Source of the DNA: Candidatus Wolfebacteria bacterium
Lineage (GTDB): Bacteria > Patescibacteriota > Minisyncoccia > Phycocordibacterales > Phycocordibacteraceae
NCBI GenBank assembly: GCA_002400985.2
Contig: NVRX02000004.1
Span: 83,531-107,530, forward strand
Direction: 5' to 3'
Length of the DNA: 24,000 nt
The position numbers and the translations under genes were made by a program. Position 1 is the stretch's first letter; each line of letters begins with the position of its first letter. A model generated the notes under the pieces. It searched no databases. It saw only the letters and a list, made by a program, of their open reading frames with translations, and was not told the origin of the DNA. This document shows, piece after piece, positions 8,585 to 15,794 of the stretch.

Positions 8585-9004
8585 TTACTCTACATCTACA
8601 CCCATTGAACGAGCTGTTCCTGCTATAACCTTTTTTGCTTGTTCAATATCTTTTGCATTTAGATCTTCCATCTTCTCAGTAGCTACTGCAGTGAGTTGCT
8701 CTTGAGTTAGTTTTCCAACCTTAGAAGTGTTTGGTTTTCCTGAACCTTTTGGTATTCCAAGAGCTTTAAGAATAAGCCTTGATGCTGGTGGTTTGTTAAG
8801 CGTAAATGTAAATGACCGATCATCATATATGAAAAGCTTTACGGGAATTATATCTCCCATCATTTCTCGAGTCTGATCATTGAACTGATTAACAAAGTCG
8901 CCGATATTAATACCTGCGGGTCCAAGTACAGTTCCAATAGGGGGAGCTGGTGTTGCTTTCCCTGCAGGAATCTGGAGTTTAATTTTCTTTACTATTTCTG
9001 CCAT
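8585..9004 (-). CDS. rplK: 50S ribosomal protein L11
   Basis: IKLQIPAGKATPAPPIGTVLGPAGINI and the C-terminal rRNA-binding region are classic L11. It sits directly downstream of nusG. Confidence 0.97.
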   Translation of the reverse strand: MAEIVKKIKLQIPAGKATPAPPIGTVLGPAGINIGDFVNQFNDQTREMMGDIIPVKLFIYDDRSFTFTLNKPPASRLILKALGIPKGSGKPNTSKVGKLTQEQLTAVATEKMEDLNAKDIEQAKKVIAGTARSMGVDVE

Positions 9005-9021
9005 ATGCGAGCTTATACTAC

Positions 9022-9567
9022 TTATATTTTCTTAACCTGCAAGAAGTCGAGTTCAACAGGTGTCTCACGTCCAAACATAGACACAAGAACTTTCACCTTT
9101 CCTCGCTCCTCATCTACCTCTCCAATCTTCCCTTCTAGCTCCTTAAACGGACCATCTGTGATGGTAACCGCATCATCAACCTCAAAATCAATCTTGTGTT
9201 TTATAACATCTGTGTTCATTCGCTCCATAAGCGTATCAACTTCATCCTGACTCATAGGCACAGGGTGAATTCCTGATCCTACGAATCCTGTTACGCGCGG
9301 AGTGTTCCGCACAACATACCAGGAGTCATCGTTTACCACCATCTTTACAAGAATATATCCAGGATATATACGCTCTTCTTCTGTTACGCGCTTTCCTGCT
9401 TTCACTTTAATTTTCTTTTCTGTAGGTACAACAACTTCAAATATTTTGTCTTCCATTCCTAGAGACTCTATTCGCTGCTTAAGATTTCGAGACACTGCAT
9501 TCTCATACCCAGAATACGTATGGATTGCATACCAGTGTGGCTCTTCTGTAATTTCTTGTTTTGCCAT
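9022..9567 (-). CDS. nusG: Transcription termination/antitermination factor NusG
   Basis: Internal ATG start [25 protein letters not shown] (NGN domain). C-terminal KOW: [42 protein letters not shown]. The track's longer start would overlap secE. Confidence 0.93.
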   Translation of the reverse strand: MAKQEITEEPHWYAIHTYSGYENAVSRNLKQRIESLGMEDKIFEVVVPTEKKIKVKAGKRVTEEERIYPGYILVKMVVNDDSWYVVRNTPRVTGFVGSGIHPVPMSQDEVDTLMERMNTDVIKHKIDFEVDDAVTITDGPFKELEGKIGEVDEERGKVKVLVSMFGRETPVELDFLQVKKI

Positions 9568-9571
9568 ATGA

Positions 9572-9754
9572 TTAGAAAATGAAGTTCTCTGCAATACCAG
9601 TAAAGATAAAGTCGAACGCACCAAGAAGCGCGGCGACAAAGAGTGATATACCAATTACAAGAAGAGAGTATGCGGTTGCCTGCCTACGTGTAGGCCACGA
9701 CACGTGCTTCATCTCTCCTCGTACGTCCTTTAAGTAATTGAAGAATGTTTTCAT
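9572..9754 (-). CDS. secE: Preprotein translocase subunit SecE
   Basis: 60 aa with the motif [15 protein letters not shown] followed by a single TM helix. It occupies the canonical position upstream of nusG. Confidence 0.9.
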   Translation of the reverse strand: MKTFFNYLKDVRGEMKHVSWPTRRQATAYSLLVIGISLFVAALLGAFDFIFTGIAENFIF

Positions 9755-9796
9755 GTTTTTATTTAAAAAAGCCCTTCCGGGCCCTTACTTGCAAAG

Positions 9797-9824
9797 AGTA
9801 TAGCACTCGTATACAGAAAGTCAA
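9797..9824 (-). promoter_or_regulatory. Sigma70-type promoter for secE-nusG-rplK
   Basis: Minus strand reads TTGACT (9824..9819), a 16 nt spacer, then TATACT (9802..9797), about 42 nt upstream of the secE ATG. Confidence 0.6.
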
Positions 9825-9858
9825 AAAACAGACACGCTGTCCGCATGTCTGTTTTTTT
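9823..9858. terminator. Hairpin with A-run/T-run flanks downstream of the SIMPL gene
   Basis: aaaaaacagaca-(11 nt loop)-tgtctgttttttt. The core stem is 7 bp and extends through the A/T runs. Confidence 0.55.
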
Positions 9859-9883
9859 CCTAAATACTATCCGTGTAATACCT

Positions 9884-10687
9884 TTAGCGTATTTCGTACG
9901 TAATATTTACCCGAGTGGTAATTTCATTTTCTCCAACAGGTATTTCTGGAAGGAAATCTGAGCCTTCTGCGTATACTGCATCAAAAGCACCCAGTGCTTT
10001 GTATCCTCCATAATATCCGTTGTCTTCCCAAAACCCAACAACACGAACCAGCTTCACGCCAAGATCGCGAGCAAGAACTTTTGCCTTGTTTTTTGCTTCT
10101 TTAATAGCTTCTTCTCGAGCCTCTGCCTGTATTTTCTCAAGATCATCTATTTCAAAATTTGGACCATTGATATTTTGTACATTCATTTCTCCAAGTCCGC
10201 CCAAAATGGCACCTACTTGATCAAGGTCTCGTATTTTTACAGAGATACTTTGACTTACTTCGTATCCACTAAGTTTTGACTCCCCTCCTCTACAGGGAAC
10301 TCCTGGGATACAAGTTGTTTGGAAATAATCATACTGAGGATATACATTGTATGAGTTTGTTTTTATATCTTTGTCTGCAATATCTTGATCATCAAGATAT
10401 GCTAGAGCAGAACTTACCAATACTGTTGTCTTCTCTTGAGCTTGCGCAACAGTATCTTCCTTAAATCGAATAGTAAATGAAATTGTTGCAATATCTGGTA
10501 CAGCAACAGCCTCTCCCACACCTTCTACTGAGATAGTATTCACTGCAGGGATACCGGACCCGACAAAGCGAAGCTCTGCGAGACCGGTGAGTGTTTGCAC
10601 TGCTAGAAATGCAGCAAGCAAAAACAACACCGCCGTTACAATATTATTTTTTTCTCCATCTATAAATTTTCTAAATATTTCTTTCAT
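9884..10687 (-). CDS. SIMPL-domain (DUF541-like) membrane-anchored protein
   Basis: N-terminal TM (VTAVLFLLAAFLAV). Then ISVEGVGEAVAVPDIATISFTI...AQ, GYEVSQSISVKIRDLDQVGAILG and IKEAKNKAKVLARDLGVKLVRVV, as in SIMPL/26 kDa periplasmic immunogenic proteins. The start at ATG 10687 is supported by TGaTATACT 8 nt upstream. Confidence 0.75.
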   Translation of the reverse strand: MKEIFRKFIDGEKNNIVTAVLFLLAAFLAVQTLTGLAELRFVGSGIPAVNTISVEGVGEAVAVPDIATISFTIRFKEDTVAQAQEKTTVLVSSALAYLDDQDIADKDIKTNSYNVYPQYDYFQTTCIPGVPCRGGESKLSGYEVSQSISVKIRDLDQVGAILGGLGEMNVQNINGPNFEIDDLEKIQAEAREEAIKEAKNKAKVLARDLGVKLVRVVGFWEDNGYYGGYKALGAFDAVYAEGSDFLPEIPVGENEITTRVNITYEIR

Positions 10688-10766
10688 ATGCGAGCAGTAT
10701 ATCATTTGAGTTTACTTTTGCATGCTTGGCGCGTATGGTGCTATTTAGACATGAAAGGAGAGTCTG

Positions 10767-10982
10767 ATGACGAAACTTAATGAAGAAGTTCTAATAGAAG
10801 TTTCTGTATTTGCAGGAGAATTTACACTTACGCGATACACTCAACAAAACCAAAAAAGCGACCTGTTTGAGGTAATGATTTGCCTTAAAGTAAAGATTCG
10901 TAACGAAGACGAAGAAGACGAGGAAACAGAGACCGATGTACCGTTAACAATTTGGAAGAAATTGACTGCTGTAAAACTATAA
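10767..10982 (+). CDS. Hypothetical small acidic protein (71 aa)
   Basis: Strong SD (gaaaggagagtctgATG) and a terminator right after the stop. It has an acidic stretch RNEDEEDEETETD. I recognise no family. Confidence 0.5.
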   Translation: MTKLNEEVLIEVSVFAGEFTLTRYTQQNQKSDLFEVMICLKVKIRNEDEEDEETETDVPLTIWKKLTAVKL

Positions 10983-10987
10983 ACATT

Positions 10988-11026
10988 CCGCCCTGCTACA
11001 TACTGTAGCGTGGCGGATTATTTTTT
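10988..11026. terminator. Hairpin plus T-run between convergent 71-aa ORF and Nudix gene
   Basis: ccgccctgctaca-tac-tgtagcgtggcgg (13 bp with 2 mismatches) followed by attatttttt. It overlaps the Nudix stop. Confidence 0.6.
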
Positions 11027-11530
11027 ATACAATGCAATAGTTTTTGCTACCTCCTCACAAATACCATCAATACATTCTAATTTTTTAATCTCTTCCTCAT
11101 TCACCCATGTGTAATCATCAAAACAGCCTTCCTCTAAGACAACATCTCCACTTTTATACGAAACAGCTAATTTTACAAGAACAACAGGAATACCGTCGGG
11201 ACGAATAAATGTATTGCTATTTATAAACTTAAAATCATCCTCGAGCTCTACTCCTGCTTCTTCCATTGTTTCTCTCTTGAGCAATCCCTCTACTGAATCT
11301 AGATAATCTAAAACTTCTCCATTTAACCTTGTTGGGTTTTTAACATCAAAATCAGCCCATTCCATTTTCCCTCCAGGTGTTGCCCATCTTCCAGGATGAA
11401 CCTTTTCTGTTTCAGACCTTTTCAACAGAAGGCATCTTCCGTCCTCTTTTCTATAGACAAGAGCATTTGCAACAAAATAAAATAGTTTATTTGTTTTTGC
11501 TTTTTCAATACTTATTTCTTTTGCTGGCAT
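11018..11530 (-). CDS. Nudix hydrolase
   Basis: The Nudix signature end LLKRETMEEAGVEL is preceded by PGGKMEW, so the box appears expanded. 170 aa. Confidence 0.75.
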   Translation of the reverse strand: MPAKEISIEKAKTNKLFYFVANALVYRKEDGRCLLLKRSETEKVHPGRWATPGGKMEWADFDVKNPTRLNGEVLDYLDSVEGLLKRETMEEAGVELEDDFKFINSNTFIRPDGIPVVLVKLAVSYKSGDVVLEEGCFDDYTWVNEEEIKKLECIDGICEEVAKTIALYKK

Positions 11531-11535
11531 ATTAT

Positions 11536-11724
11536 TTATCTAGATGAACAAGCTCTAAATTCACAGTTGGGGCCTGTCCGTCCTACCGTACTTCCATCAG
11601 GACAAATCCTCGCTTCTAATGTGCAGGCAATTGGTCCTCTGGGGGTATCTTTTGCATATTGGTATAAAAATCCAACGATACCAACGAGTGTAAGTAATAT
11701 AGTTCCTAGGAAAAGTTCTTTCAT
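11536..11724 (-). CDS. Small membrane-anchored 4-Cys protein (62 aa)
   Basis: N-terminal TM (LFLGTILLTLVGIVGFLY), then ACTLEARICPDGSTVGRTGPNCEFRAC. TGcTATACT lies 6 nt upstream of the ATG. The Nudix gene follows after 5 nt. Confidence 0.65.
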   Translation of the reverse strand: MKELFLGTILLTLVGIVGFLYQYAKDTPRGPIACTLEARICPDGSTVGRTGPNCEFRACSSR

Positions 11725-11769
11725 ACATTAAGTATAGCAACTTATATCTCTTGTGTGTTCTAAATCTTG

Positions 11770-11842
11770 GGCGGCCGCCGGGAATCGAACCCGGATTGAC
11801 AGTACCACAAACTGTAGTGTTAACCGTTACACCACGGTCGCC
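11770..11842 (-). tRNA. tRNA-His (GTG) with genomically encoded G-1
   Basis: Hand-folded cloverleaf: G-1, acceptor GCGACCG/CGGCCGC (A4.C69 mismatch), D stem GTGT/ACAC, anticodon stem ACAGT/ACTGT, loop TTGTGGT, T arm CCGGG-TTCGATT-CCCGG, discriminator C. No encoded CCA. Confidence 0.9.
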
Positions 11843-11869
11843 ATGTCTGGCATTTATACCAGTTGTACT

Positions 11870-11899
11870 AAAAATAGTCGAGCTTTCTCGACTATTTTT
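11870..11899. terminator. Terminator after rplS
   Basis: aaaaatagtcgag-cttt-ctcgactattttt. The GC-containing core is 8 bp and is flanked by complementary A5/T5 runs. Confidence 0.75.
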
Positions 11900-11920
11900 A
11901 ATTCAGTATTTAAACAATAC

Positions 11921-12496
11921 TTACTTCTCTTCTTTCTTTTCTTCAGTTGAAACCTCTTCAGTTTTCTCTTCAGATGGAGCTTCTTCTGCAGTTTCAGCAG
12001 CAGGCACCTCTTCAGTTTTCTTTGTTTCCTCTGCAACCTTTGCTTCTTCTGCAGCCTTCTCGTCAGCTTCAGCTTTTGCTGCCATCTCTTCCTCTTTTTT
12101 CTTTCGTCTTTCAGCTTGCTCACGCTCTGAAGTAGTTGTCCTGTCCATAAGACGCATGCGTCGTAGCTGTCGTCGTGTTTCTCGAGCAACCTTTTCTCGA
12201 ATAAAGTACAACTTAGATCGCCTAACCTTAGATCGCTTCACAATTTCAATTTTATCAATATTTGGAGAATATAGAGGGTAGATTTTTTCAATTCCAACAC
12301 CAGAGAGAGTTGTTCGTACGGTAAATGTCGCTCCTGCCTCAGCACCGTGCTTTACGGCGATAACAAGACCTTCAAAAAGCTGTATACGAGTTTTCCCTTT
12401 CTCTTGGATCTTTTGGTGTACACGAACAGTGTCACCCGGCTTTATACCAAGTGTTTTTCGCTCCTCTATATTTACAGGTGAAATTACTGTATGCAT
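11921..12496 (-). CDS. rplS: 50S ribosomal protein L19 with ~74-aa Lys/Glu/Ala-rich C-terminal extension
   Basis: The core ([44 protein letters not shown]...[21 protein letters not shown]) is canonical L19. Residues ~118-191 are a low-complexity tail (...[16 protein letters not shown]). Confidence 0.93.
   Translation of the reverse strand: MHTVISPVNIEERKTLGIKPGDTVRVHQKIQEKGKTRIQLFEGLVIAVKHGAEAGATFTVRTTLSGVGIEKIYPLYSPNIDKIEIVKRSKVRRSKLYFIREKVARETRRQLRRMRLMDRTTTSEREQAERRKKKEEEMAAKAEADEKAAEEAKVAEETKKTEEVPAAETAEEAPSEEKTEEVSTEEKKEEK
11953..12021. repeat. Two copies of a 15-nt direct repeat inside the rplS tail
   Basis: cctcttcagttttct occurs at 11953..11967 and 12007..12021. The 54 nt offset is in frame, and each copy encodes KTEEV on the minus strand. 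Confidence 0.8.
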
Positions 12497-12524
12497 GGCG
12501 CCGAGAATAGCATACTAAGCCTTA

Positions 12525-13247
12525 TTAAGGCAAGTCTTCAAAGGAATCGATTGCCTTTTTAAAATCTTCTGGGAAGTCTGCTTTAATCGTTTTTTCCTCT
12601 CCTGAAGGAAGGGTTAGTGTAATAGACCTTGCATGAAGCGCCATTCGATTAAGTCCAAAAGCACACTCTCTTTTGGGTGCATATAGTTTGTCACACACAA
12701 TTGGGTAATTTATATACTTCATATGTGCACGGAGTTGATGTGTTCTCCCTGTTTTGGGAAATAACTTAACTATTGAAAATTCTCCATTATCTTTAAATAC
12801 TCTGTACTCTGTAACGGCATCTCGCAGCTTGCCTCGTGCCCCCCGTCCCGCAGACCATACTCTAAAGTTTTGAGAACTTCGCCCAATGGGTTTATCGACA
12901 ACACCCTCTTTGGACTTCATTACCCCGTACACAATAGCTGTGTATTCTTTTTGTACTTCCCTATTTTTAAATGCCTCCTTTAGATATGCGTGTGCGTTTT
13001 CTGTTTTTGCCAAAATTAATACACCAGAAGTATCTTTGTCTAACCGGTGAACAATACCTGGTCGTGTAATCTCTTCGCCATTCTTTATTGTCATTGGCTC
13101 ACCAACGTCCTTGCTCTCTGGGTACGTCTCTAGCATCCAGTCACTAATGGTTTTATCCTTAGATACACCATCTGGGTGCACTATGATGCCCTGAGGCTTC
13201 TCTATTGCCACCACATCACTATCTTCGTATATTATTGATATATTCAT
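12525..13247 (-). CDS. RluA-family pseudouridine synthase (no S4 domain)
   Basis: Catalytic motif HRLDKDTSGVLILAK, plus the later GRTHQLRAH. The ATG at 13247 (MNISIIYEDSDVVAIEKP) forms an ATGA overlap with the uppS stop. Confidence 0.85.
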   Translation of the reverse strand: MNISIIYEDSDVVAIEKPQGIIVHPDGVSKDKTISDWMLETYPESKDVGEPMTIKNGEEITRPGIVHRLDKDTSGVLILAKTENAHAYLKEAFKNREVQKEYTAIVYGVMKSKEGVVDKPIGRSSQNFRVWSAGRGARGKLRDAVTEYRVFKDNGEFSIVKLFPKTGRTHQLRAHMKYINYPIVCDKLYAPKRECAFGLNRMALHARSITLTLPSGEEKTIKADFPEDFKKAIDSFEDLP

Positions 13248-13921
13248 ACGCCGTGTCGTCTTTCTCTTGCATTGTACTCCTTTATGCACTCTATGAGTGA
13301 CTCTTTTGTAAAGTCAGGCCAAAGTGTATCGAGAAAAAAGAGCTCACTATATGCAGCCTGCCATAGAAGAAAGTTTGAAAGTCGTTTTTCTCCACCGGTG
13401 CGAATAATGATGTCTGGATCAGGAATACCTGCAGTGTCTAGAGCTTTGCTAATACCTTCTTCTGAAACCTCTCCTCCTTTACGTACCGCACGCACAATCT
13501 CATCTCGTCCACCGTACGACAACGCAATAGCTATTGTTCCTTTGTTTCCTTTTGTTTCTTCCTCTATTTTACTTATTTCATTTTGAATTCCTTCTTCAAG
13601 ACGTGATCTGTCTCCAAGCACTACAACTTTTGGAGGATTTTCTATTTTTGTAAGTTCTTTTTTTAATACAGAAAGTCCTTTTTTTAATGACACCATGAAT
13701 CCGACAACCTCTTCTTTGCTTCTGTTCCAATTTTCTGTTGAAAAGGCATAGAAAATATAATGTTCTATTCCGTGCTCTTTTTTTAAAAACGAATACTCTT
13801 TCAACAGCGTGATGAGTGTTTCAGAACCAGCTTTGTGCCCTTCTGGCACAGAAAGATTCTTCCCTTTCGCCCATCGGCGATTTCCGTCCATTATAATTCC
13901 TACTGAAAGTGTTTTACTCAT
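13244..13921 (-). CDS. uppS: Undecaprenyl-diphosphate synthase (cis-isoprenyl transferase)
   Basis: GIIMDGNRRWAK, FSTENWNRSKEEV and IRTGGEKRLSNFLLWQAAYSELFF. The track start (13933) is a TTG, so the ATG at 13921 is preferred. Confidence 0.92.
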   Translation of the reverse strand: MSKTLSVGIIMDGNRRWAKGKNLSVPEGHKAGSETLITLLKEYSFLKKEHGIEHYIFYAFSTENWNRSKEEVVGFMVSLKKGLSVLKKELTKIENPPKVVVLGDRSRLEEGIQNEISKIEEETKGNKGTIAIALSYGGRDEIVRAVRKGGEVSEEGISKALDTAGIPDPDIIIRTGGEKRLSNFLLWQAAYSELFFLDTLWPDFTKESLIECIKEYNARERRHGV

Positions 13922-14195
13922 GTATGATTTCAAAAACTTTAAACTCTCCAGTTACGCCATCCCACCACTTTATGTCTACACCTTTTACCTCAGAAAGGAA
14001 AGGCCCCTCTTTAAGTAGTTCAATATATTCCAGCAACCGCTCTTTTCTCCCCTCTGCAACGACTTCTACAGTATTGTCTTTTAGATTTTTTACCCAACCA
14101 ACAATTCCTAGCTTTTGTGCTTTCCTACGAGCAAAATCCCTATACATTACAAGCTGTACGCGGCCAGAAACAATAGCGTGTAGACGTTTTTCCAT
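13914..14195 (-). CDS. acyP: Acylphosphatase
   Basis: 93 aa with VSGRVQLVMYRDFARRKAQKLGIVGWVKNLKDNTVEVVAEG, which matches the acylphosphatase signatures. Confidence 0.85.
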   Translation of the reverse strand: MEKRLHAIVSGRVQLVMYRDFARRKAQKLGIVGWVKNLKDNTVEVVAEGRKERLLEYIELLKEGPFLSEVKGVDIKWWDGVTGEFKVFEIIHE

Positions 14196-14214
14196 ATTCG
14201 CGAGTGTATCACTC

Positions 14215-14243
14215 TTGCGAAAAAAGGAGTAATTGCGTATGCT
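14215..14243 (+). promoter_or_regulatory. Promoter for tRNA-Val
   Basis: TTGCGA (14215..14220), a 17 nt spacer, then TATGCT (14238..14243). The tRNA 5' end is 10 nt after the -10, so the 5' leader would be only a few nt. Confidence 0.5.
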
Positions 14244-14253
14244 CCTATCACAA

Positions 14254-14326
14254 GGGCGATTAGCTCAGTTGGTAGAGCAGTTCATTTACACTGAAAAGGT
14301 CGGGGGTTCAAATCCCTCATCGCCCA
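14254..14326 (+). tRNA. tRNA-Val (TAC)
   Basis: Acceptor GGGCGAT/ATCGCCC, D arm GCTC-AGTTGGTA-GAGC, anticodon loop TTTACAC, T arm GGGGG-TTCAAAT-CCCTC, discriminator A. No encoded CCA. Confidence 0.9.
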
Positions 14327-14333
14327 CAACAAT

Positions 14334-14367
14334 AAACAAAAGACGCCAGTAATGGTGTCTTTTGTTT
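14334..14367 (+). terminator. Terminator after tRNA-Val
   Basis: aaacaaaagacgcca-gtaa-tggtgtcttttgttt. The stem is 15 bp with one mismatch. Confidence 0.7.
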
Positions 14368-14436
14368 ATAACGTGTCTAATAATCACCTCAACCTTTAAA
14401 CCTTTGTGTTAAAATTGACCAGAAAAGGAGACTACT

Positions 14437-14727
14437 ATGGAACTGAAAAAAATACTTGAAGTTGTTACTCTCTATAGAAAACAACTTGAAGAAAAAAATA
14501 TTCCAAAGAAAAGAATGGATATTTCCAAAACTTTTGGGGAAGTATCTTCAAAAGATCGACTTGCTCATGCACATTGGCTGCTCGACGGAATAGTTGAGTA
14601 CGCAAATCAAAAAAATAAGGAAGGCAAAACTGGCAGACATCTTACATCGGTGCAAATGATTCTCTCTTTTGAGAATTGGTACACCCTTAAAGAATTGATG
14701 TATCACAATCGTCCTGACACTTATTGA
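14437..14727 (+). CDS. Hypothetical protein (96 aa), orphan between two tRNAs
   Basis: Extended -10 TGtTAAAAT, then the SD leader agaaaaggagactactATG. Hairpins lie downstream. I recognise no family. Confidence 0.5.
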   Translation: MELKKILEVVTLYRKQLEEKNIPKKRMDISKTFGEVSSKDRLAHAHWLLDGIVEYANQKNKEGKTGRHLTSVQMILSFENWYTLKELMYHNRPDTY

Positions 14728-14816
14728 TGTCAGTAACGATCAAATACAAAGGGGTGGTAAAAATACTGCCCCTTTATCTTAAGAAGTTTTTATATTACAA
14801 ACGTAGTCAGCCTATA

Positions 14817-14846
14817 GAAAAAGCACCGACATATCGGTGCTTTTTC
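14817..14846. terminator. Strong bidirectional terminator between the 96-aa ORF and tRNA-Arg
   Basis: Perfect 13 bp stem gaaaaagcaccga / tcggtgctttttc with the 4 nt loop cata. A weaker hairpin lies at 14748..14775 (aaaggggtggt / actgccccttt). Confidence 0.8.
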
Positions 14847-14853
14847 TATTTTG

Positions 14854-14925
14854 TGCTCCCGGCAGGAATCGAACCTACATCAAAGGCTTAGAACACCTTT
14901 GTTCTATCCATTGAACTACGGGAGC
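14854..14925 (-). tRNA. tRNA-Arg (TCT)
   Basis: Acceptor GCTCCCG/CGGGAGC, D arm GTTC-AATGGATA-GAAC, anticodon stem AAGGT/GCCTT, loop GTTCTAA, 4-nt variable region, T arm GTAGG-TTCGATT-CCTGC, discriminator A. No encoded CCA. Confidence 0.88.
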
Positions 14926-14941
14926 TCCCTACACCCTACGG

Positions 14942-15280
14942 CTAGTTTCGTGCTGGGTCAACAAAAGGATATGGAGTATCTATGGCAGACCTTTTTTCAG
15001 CGGCTCTTTTATCAAAAATATTTTCTACTATTTCTAACCGATCCGATATTCCTTCGGTATCTCTTGATGGAGGATTCGTGTCTACGTTTTCAGAAAGAGG
15101 CTCTCCTTCGTATACACGAGCAAAGAAAACTGCATTGGTAGCGGCAGAAATAAAGAGTAGTACAAGAGCCATACCCAAGAGTATTCCCCAGTCTCTCTCT
15201 GCTCGTATTTTTCCAGAATACCCCTTCTTAATAATTCTGAATATTTCTGTAGCTTTTTTTGTAAGAATTTTTATGTCCAT
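14942..15280 (-). CDS. Small single-pass membrane protein, fourth gene of the pilMNO operon
   Basis: 112 aa with one TM (WGILLGMALVLLFISAATNAVFF). Its start lies 1 nt after the pilO-like stop (TAAtATG). I recognise no family. Confidence 0.5.
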   Translation of the reverse strand: MDIKILTKKATEIFRIIKKGYSGKIRAERDWGILLGMALVLLFISAATNAVFFARVYEGEPLSENVDTNPPSRDTEGISDRLEIVENIFDKRAAEKRSAIDTPYPFVDPARN

Positions 15281-15281
15281 A

Positions 15282-15794
15282 TTATTTTTGCTTTACGCTA
15301 TACGATGCAGAGGCCGTCCATATTTCTTTTGTATCCCCTTCACGGAGAATAGTCTCTATCGTTCCACTTTCAATCCCTATAAATACTGGCAGTTTTTCAA
15401 TAGCAGAAAGTGTTTTCATCACATTTTTAAATGAGCCTTCAATAGTTAGATTGATGTTGAAAACACTTTCTTCCCCAGCACCAACAGAAACAATATCTAA
15501 TGCCACATTTGTTTCTTCTTCTATCCCCTCTAATGTTTCCAAGAAATCTACAATCGTCTCCTCTGATACAAGATATTCAAATATTGTTTTTTCTTGTGAT
15601 TCTATAAGTGAAAGGGTTCTCTCTGCCCTATTAATTCGCTCCTCCTTATCAAGAGATGCTTTTATTTCTTTTTGTAGCAAGAAACTTTCTTCTTGTAGCT
15701 GTGACACCACATTAAACGTGATGAAATATGCTGCTCCAGCGCCCGCTAACACAGTAATTGAAAGTACTAGAGATATAAGTGTTTGCCGATTCAT
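15282..15794 (-). CDS. pilO: PilO-like type IV pilus assembly protein
   Basis: 170 aa with an N-terminal TM, a coiled-coil segment and a C-terminal alpha/beta region. ATGA overlap with pilN. The call rests on topology and position, not strong motifs. Confidence 0.5.
   Translation of the reverse strand: MNRQTLISLVLSITVLAGAGAAYFITFNVVSQLQEESFLLQKEIKASLDKEERINRAERTLSLIESQEKTIFEYLVSEETIVDFLETLEGIEEETNVALDIVSVGAGEESVFNINLTIEGSFKNVMKTLSAIEKLPVFIGIESGTIETILREGDTKEIWTASASYSVKQK

Noticed and set aside
9568-9654. Longer N-terminal extensions offered by the ORF track for nusG. Similar extensions appear for glyA (5942), the NTP-PPase (6373), SIMPL (10705), rluA-family (13289), uppS (13933), pilN (16360), pilM (17420), ruvX (18794), the 154-aa gene (19590) and ruvA (20472).
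   Set aside because: The extensions start at TTG or GTG, or run across the upstream gene or the gene's own -10 box. They add non-conserved residues ahead of family-typical N-termini, so I preferred the internal ATGs.
9765-9782. Small GC hairpin (gccc-ttcc-gggc) with a U-run on the minus strand in the secE 5' leader. It could be an attenuator or riboswitch-like element.
   Set aside because: The stem is only 4 bp and the leader is about 42 nt, too short for a known riboswitch. I saw no alternative pairing.
11751-12281. Plus-strand 176-aa ORF and other alternate-frame ORFs (11753..11950, 11854..12189, 11947..12135) over tRNA-His and the rplS tail.
   Set aside because: They overlap a well-folded tRNA and the canonical L19 gene. 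They arise because the GAA/GAG-rich repeat region is open in several frames.
13244-13247. Possibility of UGA recoding (code 25, as in Gracilibacteria/Absconditabacteria).
   Set aside because: TGA terminates uppS, ruvA, pilN and the tRNA-binding protein at positions consistent with family lengths. I saw no in-frame TGA inside the recognisable genes, so code 11 fits.
14327-14853. tRNA-flanked segment considered as an integrated mobile element.
   Set aside because: There is no integrase, recombinase or transposase. I could not find a direct repeat of either tRNA 3' end that would mark an att site. It is kept only as a low-interest accessory-ORF observation.
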